A DNA stretch of 64,000 bases from Clostridia bacterium. GTDB lineage: Bacteria; Bacillota; Clostridia; Christensenellales; Borkfalkiaceae. The notes under the pieces are model-generated. The model searched no databases and was not told the origin of the DNA. It was given only the letters and a program-made list of their open reading frames with translations. This document shows positions 48,895 through 58,136 of the stretch, one piece after another. A program made the position numbers and the translations under genes. The DNA lies in contig CAAGAM010000070.1 of NCBI GenBank assembly GCA_900767815.1, positions 1,315 to 65,314 on the forward strand, written 5' to 3'. Every line of letters begins with the position of its first letter. Within the stretch, counting starts at the first letter, position 1.

Positions 48895-49935
48895 ATGGAT
48901 AAAGTAAAGGATTTTAATTATAAAACAGGTAAAGCACACGTCGCATTGAAACTCGACGGATATTACGTCTGGGATTCGTCGGTCATCAAGGCAAACGGGA
49001 AATATTATATGTTTGCCTCCCGCTGGAAAGAAGAACTCGGATTCGGTTGGAATTGGCTGTTCAACAGTGAAATCTGTCGATTTGTTGCGGATAGTCCCAA
49101 CGGGGAATTTAAGTTCGACGGCGTTGTTTTGCCACGCCGCGGCAGACAGTATTTCGACGGAATGAACACTCATAACACTTGCATAAAATATTGGAACGGC
49201 AAGTATTATCTTTACTATATGGGTACGACTTACGGCGGAGATATCCCTAATGATTATCGTCATATAAAAGAGTTTTACGCTCTCGAAACATGGAATAGAA
49301 AGCGTATAGGAGTTGCGGTCGCGGATAAAATAGACGGAGAGTTTGTTCGTCGTGACGAGCCTCTGCTGGCCCCTCGCGATTGTTCGCATTGGGATTGCAC
49401 CATAACGACTAATCCGTCCGTCGTGATTTTGCCGAGCGGTAAAACTTACATGATATATAAATCGCGCAGAGCATACGGAAAGCCTCTTCAACTCGGCATT
49501 GCCGTTGCTGATAAACCCGACGGAAAGTTTGAAAGACTTACCGAAAATCCCATACTGGAATTCGAAAGCGCGGACAAGCATATCGAAGATCCGTTTTTAT
49601 GGTATGACGATAGGCGTAAAAAGTTCTGCATGATAGCAAAAGACGACAGCAAAAACGGCGACAGCGGAATAACCGGCGAATGGGGCGCGGGTTTTTACGC
49701 CGAAAGCGACGATTGCGTTCATTTTGAAATAGCGAAAAATCCTAAAGTGTATTCGAGAAATCTCGAATGGTCGGACGGGGAAAAGACAACGCAATGCAAT
49801 TTGGAACGCCCGTCGATTTTATTTGACGAAAACGGTGAACCTATGTATCTTTATTGCGCGAGCGGGTACGGCGAAAGACCGTATGCGTTCAAAGGCGCGA
49901 CGTATGTCGCGGGAATAGCTTTGGAGAAAAAATGA
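48895..49935 (+). CDS. five-bladed beta-propeller glycoside hydrolase, GH43-like (GH117/GH130 not excluded)
   Basis: N-terminal VWDSSVIKANGKYYMFAS resembles the GH43 first-blade Asp motif. 346 aa. Sits in the glycan locus next to an SGNH esterase. Confidence 0.45.
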   Translation: MDKVKDFNYKTGKAHVALKLDGYYVWDSSVIKANGKYYMFASRWKEELGFGWNWLFNSEICRFVADSPNGEFKFDGVVLPRRGRQYFDGMNTHNTCIKYWNGKYYLYYMGTTYGGDIPNDYRHIKEFYALETWNRKRIGVAVADKIDGEFVRRDEPLLAPRDCSHWDCTITTNPSVVILPSGKTYMIYKSRRAYGKPLQLGIAVADKPDGKFERLTENPILEFESADKHIEDPFLWYDDRRKKFCMIAKDDSKNGDSGITGEWGAGFYAESDDCVHFEIAKNPKVYSRNLEWSDGEKTTQCNLERPSILFDENGEPMYLYCASGYGERPYAFKGATYVAGIALEKK

Positions 49936-49936
49936 C

Positions 49937-50500
49937 ATGAAAAAAGTAACGCTTTTGGGCGATTCCATTCGCCAGATAGGATACGGTAAAAGGGTTGCCG
50001 AAATACTCGGAAAAGACGGCATAGAGGTTTTTCAGCCCGAAGATAATTGCAGATTTGCAAAATACACTCTTCGCATGCTTTTCGATTATAAGGAGCAAAT
50101 CGCGGGGAGCGACGTCATACATTGGAACAACGGGCTTTGGGACGTGAGCAATTTGTTCGGCGACGGACAGTTTTCGTCCACGGAGGAGTATTGCGAAAAT
50201 ATGCTTCGCATTGCCGATATTCTTTTAAAGATTACGCCAAACGTCGTTTTTGCCACGACTACGCCCGTAAGGAAAGGGTATCCTTACCAATCTTGCGAAG
50301 ATATAGAGAGATTAAACGCGGCGATCGTTCCGCTTTTAAAAGCGAAAAATATAGCGATAAACGACTTATACGGGCTTGTTTATCCTTTAAAGGAAGAAAT
50401 TTTGCGCGACGACGATTTAATCCATTTAAATGATCGCGGTATAGAAATTTGCGCGAATCAAGTTGCCGCTTTTATTCGCCGCTGTTTAAAAGAGGTATAG
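49937..50500 (+). CDS. SGNH/GDSL-family hydrolase (putative glycan acetylesterase)
   Basis: GDS(I) block LLGDSIRQ near the N-terminus and DxxH block DDLIHLN near the C-terminus. ATG overlaps the upstream stop. Confidence 0.6.
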   Translation: MKKVTLLGDSIRQIGYGKRVAEILGKDGIEVFQPEDNCRFAKYTLRMLFDYKEQIAGSDVIHWNNGLWDVSNLFGDGQFSSTEEYCENMLRIADILLKITPNVVFATTTPVRKGYPYQSCEDIERLNAAIVPLLKAKNIAINDLYGLVYPLKEEILRDDDLIHLNDRGIEICANQVAAFIRRCLKEV

Positions 50501-50719
50501 AATACTCGGAGAGGGATTGATCCCTCTGGTCGGAAGCGTTTCAAAACTCAAAGAAAAATAAGAGATTCAGTTTTGGAAAAGCTCATTATTTATTGCGATT
50601 GTGACGATACAAAGCACTTTTATTTTGAATTTATATTATACTACTTTTGACTATATAATTAAACAACACAAACGTTCCAAGACGTCGATTTCTAAAAAAA
50701 TAATGCAAGAATAAAAAAT

Positions 50720-50757
50720 CCTTGTGTGGCTCTTGTTTGATCCACACAGGCGTTTTT
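50720..50757 (+). terminator. rho-independent terminator-like hairpin with T-run
   Basis: Stem CCTTGTGTGG / CCACACAGG with one bulge, followed by CGTTTTTAT. Confidence 0.4.
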
Positions 50758-50994
50758 ATGCTTTTTTACATTGGAATTGCTGCTTTGAATTCTGAGTTTA
50801 ATTTTTTTATCGCTGCTGTACCGAGCATAGATAAGTGTTGTTTTCATAGAATATAGCCGTAAAAAGGCTGTATGCAAAAGGAAATAACAACTACAACGTA
50901 GATACCCTTACGCCGTATGGATTTTCAAAATGTAGAATAACGGTATTTCCGAGAATTAGATAATATCTTTTATTGCATGAAGGAGAAAAGTTAA

Positions 50995-51792
50995 ATGAGT
51001 ATTTTAAATATACCGCTTGATATAGTAATAGAAGGCGGACAATCTAATGCCGAAGGAAGCGGAATAGGTCCGGTTAAAAGCGAGTTCGCTCCGACTAATA
51101 ATATTTTATATTTAAACGCGGAAAAAGAAGTAAAAACAACCGAATTTGGCTTGGATATATGCTATTTTAATAAGCCGTTTGTAATCGATATAGCAAAGGA
51201 ACGTAAGATAAACGATAATATATACGGAGATCTTGCATTAACTTTTTCCGAAGAATATGTAAAAAACGGATTGCTAGATAGTGGGCGGGCGGTATTGATT
51301 GTTCGAGGAGCGATCGGCGGCACGGGTTTTAAAAAGGAACAATGGGGTTTAAACGACATAGTATATAAAAAAATGATAGAAATGACCGACTATGCTCTTT
51401 CATTAAACAAAAACAACAAAATAATCGCTTATTTATGGCATCAAGGCGAGCATGATGCTTTTGAGGGGAATAGTCCTAAAAACTACCATATTCAATTGAC
51501 GAATATGTTAAAAGACGTGCGAAAAAGATATGGCGAAATACCTTTTATCGCAGGGGATTTTTGTAACGAGTGGAAAAATAAAAATTTGTCGATATGCAAA
51601 CCTATCGTAAGCGTAATTCGCCAAGTTATAAAAGAAAACGAGAAAAGTCGTTTCGTAGAAACAAGTGATTTAATGTCTAATAACCAACGAACGGGAAACG
51701 GCGACGACATACATTTTTGTAGAGAATCATTACATCTGCTTGGTCGCCGGTACTTTAGCGAATGGAAATCCATAGTCGATAAAGACTTTTAA
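50995..51792 (+). CDS. sialate-O-acetylesterase-like (SASA/DUF303) carbohydrate esterase
   Basis: GGQSNAEG motif (GQSN catalytic Ser block) 15 aa from the start. 265 aa. A later DDIHF His block. RBS AAGGAGAAAAG. Confidence 0.6.
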   Translation: MSILNIPLDIVIEGGQSNAEGSGIGPVKSEFAPTNNILYLNAEKEVKTTEFGLDICYFNKPFVIDIAKERKINDNIYGDLALTFSEEYVKNGLLDSGRAVLIVRGAIGGTGFKKEQWGLNDIVYKKMIEMTDYALSLNKNNKIIAYLWHQGEHDAFEGNSPKNYHIQLTNMLKDVRKRYGEIPFIAGDFCNEWKNKNLSICKPIVSVIRQVIKENEKSRFVETSDLMSNNQRTGNGDDIHFCRESLHLLGRRYFSEWKSIVDKDF

Positions 51793-51796
51793 CAAT

Positions 51797-52006
51797 ATGT
51801 TTTATATAGGTTTAGACATAGGCGGAACAAAGTGCGCCGCGTCGTTGGGATATATCTGCGACGAGGACATAAAAATATGCGATAAAGATTATTTTTCGAC
51901 GGCAGACAAATCTCCATATAAAATCTTGCAAAGGTTTTCTTTGTTTATAAAAAAACATTTGAGTAAAGACATACAAGGCATACGACATATGTTTCCAAGA
52001 TTATGA
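51797..52006 (+). pseudogene. ROK-family sugar kinase/regulator N-terminal fragment (69 codons)
   Basis: Starts MFYIGLDIGGTKCAASLG, the ROK/BadF N-terminal ATP-binding motif. Stops after 69 aa, whereas full-length members are about 300 aa. Confidence 0.5.
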
Positions 52007-52123
52007 AAAAAGAGTGTTTGTCGTTCAGTTTGGATATTTGTGAAATTCTGCCTGCGGAATTAGCCGAAAACATAGGGGATATTGCCGCATTATCTATTGC
52101 TAAAGGAGATTTTTAATAATTTC

Positions 52124-52749
52124 ATGAAGAATTCCACAAAAAATATATTAGACGAAGTAGTTAATAGATATCCGCAGTTAAATTCGATTAAAAACGATAT
52201 TTTTCATGCTTATAAATCATTGAGAAGGCATATGAAAACGGGAATAAAATCTTGATTTGCGGCAACGGCGGAAGTGCGAGCGATAGCGAACATATTGTCG
52301 GTGAATTGATGAAAAAATTCAGAAAGCAAAGAAAGATCGACGCTCAAATTTACGGGAAACTTGCAAATTACGGCAATGAAGGCGAAAAACTCAGGGAAAC
52401 TTTAGAAGGAAGTTTGAGAGCTGTTTCTTTAACGTCTCATATGGCCTTGAACACGGTATTTTCAAACGATAAAGTTTTTGCCCAGCAATTATACGGACAA
52501 GGAGATAAAGGCGATGTGTTGATTTCGATTTCAACTTCGGGGGATAGCGAAAATTGTGTTTTGGCAACGACTTTGGCAAAAGCAATGGAGATAAAGACGA
52601 TTGCTTTAACGGGGCAAAAAGAAAGCAGACTGTCGGTTTTAAGCGATGTAGCGATAAGAGTTCCCGAAGTAGAAACATATAAAATACAAGAGTTGCATTT
52701 ACCGATTTATCATTGCCTTTGCGCAATGCTGGAAGAAGAATTGTTTTAG
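52124..52749 (+). pseudogene. SIS-domain sugar-phosphate isomerase (GmhA/DiaA-like) interrupted by a frameshift near 52216-52255
   Basis: Frame-2 ORF 52124-52255 (MKNSTKNILDEVVNRYPQLNSIKNDIF..) and frame-1 ORF 52216-52749 (..EKAYENGNKILICGNGGSASDSEHIVGEL..). Together they reconstruct a GmhA-like protein with the CGNGGS motif. Confidence 0.5.
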
Positions 52750-52891
52750 AAAAAACAAATCAGTTCAATAAAGTAAAAAAAACAAAAATAGCAACATTAA
52801 TAATTTTTATTTAGCAGTAAAAAAAACTACAAGTCCCGTAATAAAAAAAACGAGGTAAGCGCGGGGCTGTCTTAGCTTGCAAAAAGCATTG

Positions 52892-52928
52892 TCCCTCTTT
52901 CCGAGTTTTTGGAAGGAGGGATTTTTTT
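52892..52928 (+). terminator. rho-independent terminator
   Basis: 11-bp stem TCCCTCTTTCC / GGAAGGAGGGA (one mismatch), loop GAGTTTTT, followed by TTTTTTT. Confidence 0.55.
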
Positions 52929-53228
52929 ATGCGTTGGACTTGTTTCTGCGCGGTATCGCTTGTGTTATGCGATGACCATGAAGTCATTTTATCGGGGTAA
53001 ATCGGCAAACAGGAAAAATAAACCATAGAAATAAAAATCTCTCACTATATGATAAACAATACAATAAAAACGATAAAAATGCGTCCATTTGGCAAAGGGA
53101 AAGTTTGCTTGATAGGCGCATTTTTGTTTGTCGCCTTTTATCGAATAATGGTAGTAATCGGATAAGAGCGCCTCCCGGTTTGGAATTTGAATTCAAAAAT
53201 CAAATTTCAAATCAAGGAGGACAAAACG

Positions 53229-53738
53229 GTGAAATACGCACCTAAAAAAGTATTTATTTTAGAAAAAGGCAATTATAAGGAGATAACTTATAGCGAACTA
53301 AAACAACTCGAACAAGCGGACAAGTCTTATATGGACAAGTTCTTTCTGCCTTTACATGGAATGCTAATGGAAGTGACGGAAGAAGCGTATAAGGAGTATT
53401 ATCGAGATAAACGTCGGCAAAAGTACATAGACGAGCGTTCGCGGTTAAACGGCGATGTCTCCTATAACGCTTTGGATACGGACGAAACGCTTGGCGAGGA
53501 TGTTTTTGCGGATGAAAAAACGGACGTGGAGGCAGAGGTTATAAACAAAATGACTGTGGCGGAACTAAGAAAGGCTTTTCTTCTGCTTTCGCCCGACGAA
53601 CGTGAACTAATTAAAATTTTATTTATAGATGGCGTAACCGAGCGAAAAGCATCGGAGATTTATGGTGTTTCGCAGGTGACAATACATAAAAGGAAAAATA
53701 AAATTTTAGCCAAACTTAAAAAATTTTTAGAAAAGTAA
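53229..53738 (+). CDS. sigma-70 family (region 4) sigma-factor-like protein typical of conjugative transposon/phage regulatory modules
   Basis: GTG start at 53229, 8 nt after an AAGGAGGA RBS. The C-terminal region-4-like HTH LSPDERELIKILFIDGVTERKASEIYGVSQVTIHKR. Confidence 0.55.
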   Translation: MKYAPKKVFILEKGNYKEITYSELKQLEQADKSYMDKFFLPLHGMLMEVTEEAYKEYYRDKRRQKYIDERSRLNGDVSYNALDTDETLGEDVFADEKTDVEAEVINKMTVAELRKAFLLLSPDERELIKILFIDGVTERKASEIYGVSQVTIHKRKNKILAKLKKFLEK

Positions 53739-53753
53739 AAATTTAAGGTTATC

Positions 53754-53797
53754 AAGCCTCTCGCTTTTCGGCATGAATAGTGAGAGGCTTATTTTTC
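53754..53797 (+). terminator. terminator after sigma-factor-like gene
   Basis: 9-bp stem AAGCCTCTC / GAGAGGCTT with a long loop, then ATTTTTCTCT. Confidence 0.5.
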
Positions 53798-54038
53798 TCT
53801 CGAAACAATTGAATAAAAAACGAGTCTTTTACATTCTCTCTGCCGTCCGCTGAAACGGATAAGCAACAGAACAAAATGTTCGATCGATTCGGCGCAACCG
53901 AGTCGTGGCGAAAACAAGCAGAGAAAATAATGATACTTGCGTCCAGTCTCAGGTCGAGCGTTGAAGCGGAAGAAATTCCGTGAGCCGTCGCAACCAAAGA
54001 GGGCGTCCCGGCGAGAACCGCGGGGAGGTGAAATTCCT

Positions 54039-54134
54039 ATGAGAGTAAAGGCATACTCGGAAGACAACGTAAATTTTGAGAAAACGATTGATACAAGAGC
54101 CGATAAAAAGGCTTTTTTAGAAGCGATTGGCTGA
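54039..54134 (+). CDS. 31-codon ORF upstream of mazF-like toxin (possible degenerate or atypical antitoxin)
   Basis: A GGAGGTG RBS lies 8 nt before the ATG, and the ORF ends 38 nt before the toxin start. No RHH/MazE-like sequence recognised. Confidence 0.2.
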   Translation: MRVKAYSEDNVNFEKTIDTRADKKAFLEAIG

Positions 54135-54172
54135 TTATTTCAATCAATCGCTATTACTTAACAGAGAGAATT

Positions 54173-54550
54173 ATGAAAGATATAAAAAGAAACGAAATCT
54201 ATTATGCGGATTTAAGTCCCGTAATAGGCAGCGAGCAGGGCGGCGTTCGCCCCGTACTCGTCATACAGAACGACGTGGGCAACAAATTCAGCCCCACAAC
54301 CATTGTGGCGGCGATAACGAGCAGACAAAATAAGGCAAAACTGCCTACGCATATAGAGATAGGCGAAGAGGTGTTTGAAAAAGATTCTGTGGTGCTGTTG
54401 GAACAAATACGCACGGTAGATAAAAGACGATTGAAAGAATACGTTGGTAAGTTAGATAACGGCACTATGGAGCGGGTAAACAAAGCTATTTCTATAAGTG
54501 TGGGCTTGATTGACAGTGTGGGAGAAAAAAATGACGGCAGAACAGGATAA
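54173..54550 (+). CDS. mazF: MazF/PemK/NdoA-family endoribonuclease toxin
   Basis: The stretch [42 protein letters not shown] is nearly identical to the conserved core of Bacillus EndoA (NdoA). Confidence 0.8.
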   Translation: MKDIKRNEIYYADLSPVIGSEQGGVRPVLVIQNDVGNKFSPTTIVAAITSRQNKAKLPTHIEIGEEVFEKDSVVLLEQIRTVDKRRLKEYVGKLDNGTMERVNKAISISVGLIDSVGEKNDGRTG

Positions 54551-54745
54551 GAAAAACGCGGTATTCTATTACAGCGTAAATATGCTTCGACTATTATTAA
54601 GGGCAAAACTTTTGACCGAAGCAGAGTACAAAGAGATCGTAAAACTTTCCGCCGAACATTACGGCTGTGAAAAGATAATAGTCGATTGATTATAAAAAAC
54701 GTCGATATTCTACAAATTTTGTTTGCTTCGGATAGGCATTACGAG

Positions 54746-54774
54746 TTGAAAAATCGTGAAATAAATGATATAAT
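54746..54774 (+). promoter_or_regulatory. promoter TTGAAA-N17-TATAAT with TG extension upstream of AlbA_2-family gene
   Basis: -35 at 54746-54751, -10 at 54769-54774 preceded by TGA. 33 nt upstream of the ATG at 54807. Confidence 0.45.
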
Positions 54775-54806
54775 GTTATTGAAACTAATCTTAACGGAGA
54801 ACGTAA

Positions 54807-56201
54807 ATGATTTTTCAAGAAACGGAGACCATCGAATTAAAAAGAGTATTGAACGATAGTTTGCCAAAAGAAATAGATGCATTTTTGAACAGTTTCGATG
54901 GTAATATTTACATTGGAGTTGAAGATGACGGTACGATAATTGGTGTAGAAAATCTCGATGATGTTCAAAAGCGTATCGCGGATATTGTTACCACGCAAAT
55001 TTTGCCGAATCCGCAAGAATACGTTACGCTCGGAACGCAGTACGTTGATGGTAAAAACGTTGTAGTAATTTCCGTACGCAAAGGTAAATCGCTGTATTAT
55101 ATTAAAAAATACGGGAGAAGCGCAGCGGGATGCTTTATTCGTGTTGGAACAAGTTGCCGTAGTATGACAGAAGAACAAATCGAGCAAAGGTATATTGCAA
55201 CGCTGTCGATTCCTCGTAAAACAATGAAAGAAGAATTGAGTCCTCGTCAGGATTTAACTTTTAATCAATTTCAAGCATTACTAACGTTTAAAAATGTCCA
55301 TTACAACAAAGAAACATTTGAACAAAACTATAATTTACGCAACAGTGATGATAAGTTTAATTATATTGCCTTTTTAGTTTCGGATCAAAACGATACATCT
55401 ATAAAAGTTGTCAGATTTAATGGCGTAACAAAAGCGGAATTTCTGTCAAGAAAAGAATTCGATAACGGTTGCATATTTAAACAGATGGAAGATGCACTCG
55501 AATATTCGTTAAACGTTCTTAACATTATTCAGACGAATATTGTAGGGAAAGAAAGAGTGGATACTCCATATTTTAACTCAGAGGCCTTCCGAGAGGCTTG
55601 GTTTAATGCTGTATGTCATAATTTATGGGTTGAAAAAGTTCCGCCGGCAATTTATGGGTTTGATGATAGGGTCGAAATAATTTCGTATGGATTGCTGAAA
55701 GACGGGATGACGAAAGATGAGTTTTTTATGGGAATCAGCAACCCTGTTAATGAAGAATTTGCGAAAATATTTATGCAGTTACATTATATGGAACAATCCG
55801 GAAAGGGTGTGCCGACTGTCGTGGCTAAATACGGCAAAGAAGTGTATCATTTCGGGACATCGTTTATACAATGTATACTCCCGTATAACATAATAGACAA
55901 ACAAAAGCAGGAAAGATTATTAGGACGAAATGACCTGAATGGCACGATAAATGGCACGATAAATGGCACGATAAATGGCACGATAAATGGCACGATAAAT
56001 GGCACGATAAAACTATCTGAAACGGCTACAATTGTCTACGAATTAATGAAGAAAGACGTTAAAGTAACAAAATCTCAATTAAGCCAAAAAGCAGGAAAAA
56101 GCATAAGAACGATTAGTCGTGCGATCGATGAATTAAAGAATAACGGGTTATTATTAGGTCGGACTTCAAATAAAAATGGTGAATGGATATTAAGTAAATG
56201 A
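54807..56201 (+). CDS. AlbA_2 (Schlafen-like divergent AAA) + HATPase_c_4 + C-terminal winged-HTH protein (RecG-related putative DNA-binding ATPase)
   Basis: The N-terminal FQETETIELKRVLND..IYIGVEDDG matches the AlbA_2 signature, and a C-terminal HTH (KSQLSQKAGKSIRTISRAIDELK) follows. It contains an (NGTI)x6 repeat. Confidence 0.55.
   Translation: MIFQETETIELKRVLNDSLPKEIDAFLNSFDGNIYIGVEDDGTIIGVENLDDVQKRIADIVTTQILPNPQEYVTLGTQYVDGKNVVVISVRKGKSLYYIKKYGRSAAGCFIRVGTSCRSMTEEQIEQRYIATLSIPRKTMKEELSPRQDLTFNQFQALLTFKNVHYNKETFEQNYNLRNSDDKFNYIAFLVSDQNDTSIKVVRFNGVTKAEFLSRKEFDNGCIFKQMEDALEYSLNVLNIIQTNIVGKERVDTPYFNSEAFREAWFNAVCHNLWVEKVPPAIYGFDDRVEIISYGLLKDGMTKDEFFMGISNPVNEEFAKIFMQLHYMEQSGKGVPTVVAKYGKEVYHFGTSFIQCILPYNIIDKQKQERLLGRNDLNGTINGTINGTINGTINGTINGTIKLSETATIVYELMKKDVKVTKSQLSQKAGKSIRTISRAIDELKNNGLLLGRTSNKNGEWILSK
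55938..56009 (+). repeat. perfect in-frame tandem repeat, 6 x 12 bp (AATGGCACGATA)
   Basis: Six consecutive identical units encoding NGTINGTINGTINGTINGTINGTI, between the ATPase-like region and the C-terminal HTH. Confidence 0.8.
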
Positions 56202-56475
56202 GTGGTTGTAATACTACCATAGAAACCATTAAAAACATGTAGGAAATTATAAAGGTTAATCTCAATTAATTTGAGTTCGTAAAAATAAATAAAAATCTAA
56301 TAAAAGCGGCGTTTTGTCTAATTTAGATAGATAAAACGCTGTTTTTTGTCTAAAACGCAGAAAAACAAAAAAGATAAAAAAAATATAGAAAAACGCTGGA
56401 TAGAATTGAACTTTTGTGGTATGTTGTGTTTGCGAAAGCAAGAGAAACAGGGTTAAGCCTTGAAAGGAGGTAATT

Positions 56476-56682
56476 ATGCAGATAACGGAAATTACGCCGA
56501 AAGCGCAGAGTGAAGAAAGAATACGGCTTGCGGCATACTGTCGTGTGTCAAGCGATTCCGAAGAACAACTTCATTCGCTCGCTTCGCAAATACGTTGGTA
56601 TAGCGATTACGGGAAAAGAAATCCTCAATATCAAATCGTTGACATTTACGCGGATGAAGAAATAATTTATGGGGAACAATAA
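56476..56682 (+). pseudogene. large serine recombinase N-terminal fragment (68 codons)
   Basis: RLAAYCRVSSDSEEQLHSLASQIRWY..DIYADEEI matches the catalytic Ser region of resolvase/large serine recombinases. It stops after 68 aa with no downstream continuation. Confidence 0.55.
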
Positions 56683-56869
56683 TTAAAAAATTTAAGAATC
56701 CGAAGCAATTTTTTCACTGAAAATATAAACGAGTTGTTGGAACATAAGCCGAAAACGATTGAAAAAAAGTGGCGTATATGCTATACTATAAAAAAGATAA
56801 TATGTGGAATTTTACAAAAAGCATTATTATAACAGTAGTCGAAGCGATGAATAATCGGGAGCGTTAACA

Positions 56870-57688
56870 ATGAAAAACGAATTATACGTCAACGGAATAG
56901 ATGTAAAGTATAAAAGAATCAACAAGGATGACTATATATCGCTGACCGATTTGGCGCGATATGTAAATCCCGACGAGCCGAAAATTCCTATCCAAACTTG
57001 GATGAGGAATAAAGACGTCGTATCCTATCTCGGGTTGTGGGAACAGTTAAACAATCCGAATTTCAAAGGTCGCGAATTTACGACCTTTGAAAACAAATCC
57101 GGTGCGAACAGTTTTTATTTGTCTCCCGAAAAATGGGTAAACGAAACAAATGCGATAGGCATTATCGTAAAACGCGGTAATGGCGGCGGAACGTATGCGC
57201 ATAGAGATATTGCGTTTGAGTTTGCAAGCTGGCTGAGTCCGGAATTCAAATTATACCTTATAACCGAATTTCAAAGATTAAAAGCGCAGGAACAAAAAAC
57301 AACCGAATGGTCGGCAAAACGAGAGTTGGCAAAGGTGAACTACAGAATTCATACAGACGCGATAAAAGAAAATATTGTTCCGACGCTAACGGAAGCGCAG
57401 TTAAAATATGTGTATGCAGACGAAGCGGATCTGTTGAACGTCGCGTTATTCGGGAAAACGGCGGCGGAGTGGAGAAAGCAAAATCCTACGCTGAAAGGCA
57501 ATATCCGCGATTATGCGACGATTGAGCAGTTGCTTGTTATTGCCAATATGGAAAGTTACAATGCTATTTTAATTGAACAGAATGTATCGCAAGAGGAAAG
57601 ATTGAAGCAACTGAACAATATGGCAAAATCGCAATTGCGTGTGTTAGAGCAGAGCAATTCTAAACTTCTTACCGAAAATAGAAAATGA
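56870..57688 (+). CDS. KilA-N domain protein with C-terminal coiled coil
   Basis: N-terminal KilA-N-like region (LTDLARYV.., YAHRDIAFEFASWLSPEFKLYL), 272 aa. Phage/mobile-element-associated family. Confidence 0.55.
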   Translation: MKNELYVNGIDVKYKRINKDDYISLTDLARYVNPDEPKIPIQTWMRNKDVVSYLGLWEQLNNPNFKGREFTTFENKSGANSFYLSPEKWVNETNAIGIIVKRGNGGGTYAHRDIAFEFASWLSPEFKLYLITEFQRLKAQEQKTTEWSAKRELAKVNYRIHTDAIKENIVPTLTEAQLKYVYADEADLLNVALFGKTAAEWRKQNPTLKGNIRDYATIEQLLVIANMESYNAILIEQNVSQEERLKQLNNMAKSQLRVLEQSNSKLLTENRK

Positions 57689-57779
57689 TTTGGAATTTGA
57701 AAACGAGGGCTGTGTAAGCGCCTCGTTTTTTGTACCTGTAAAAAGATTAAATTTTCCACTTCGATATATGTGAATGAAC

Positions 57780-58136
57780 TCAAGCGTTTAATTCAGTGAA
57801 AGAAATTTCGCTTGCGGCAAGTCTCAAAAATATACCCGATAATTCTTGTTGCGTAAAGGATAAAGAAATGCCGTTGAGTTTCAGTGTAACCAGCATTGCG
57901 TGCGCGCCGATACGTTTGTTTCCGTCGATAAACGGGTGATTTTGCGTAAGTCCGCAGGCAAGCCTTACCGCTTTTTCGATTGTAGAGGGGAATAATTCGA
58001 CGGAGTTGTATGTCTGCAACGGCGATAGAAGAGCGGCTTGCAAAAGATTATCGTCGCGTATTCCGTCCGAGCCGCCCGTTGCCTTTATAAGTTCGCAATG
58101 TAAATAGTTTATCTGCTTATCTGAAAGCCAAATCAT
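57780..58136 (-). CDS. doc: Doc (death-on-curing) Fic-family toxin
   Basis: Doc-type Fic motif HPFIDGNKRIG. 118 aa. Its start codon overlaps the stop of the upstream DUF2779 gene. Confidence 0.7.
   Translation of the reverse strand: MIWLSDKQINYLHCELIKATGGSDGIRDDNLLQAALLSPLQTYNSVELFPSTIEKAVRLACGLTQNHPFIDGNKRIGAHAMLVTLKLNGISLSFTQQELSGIFLRLAASEISFTELNA

Noticed and set aside
50560-50660. TTGACT ... TATAAT-like hexamers as a promoter
   Set aside because: Spacing between the candidate -35 and -10 is only a few nt. Not a credible sigma-A promoter.
52860-52930. Possible tRNA 3' end or att site near GGGGCTGTCTTAGC
   Set aside because: No cloverleaf-compatible complementarity or CCA/T-loop consensus could be traced by eye. 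The segment is better explained as a terminator hairpin.
53937-54134. 65-aa ORF with a TTG start as a possible MazE antitoxin
   Set aside because: The N-terminal 34 aa are an Arg/Lys/Pro low-complexity read of a GC-rich leader. Only the last 31 codons have an RBS. No antitoxin-like fold signature.
55938-56009. Tandem repeat considered as a possible CRISPR or spacer-like array
   Set aside because: The units are contiguous 12-mers without spacers and lie in-frame inside a protein-coding gene. Not a CRISPR array.
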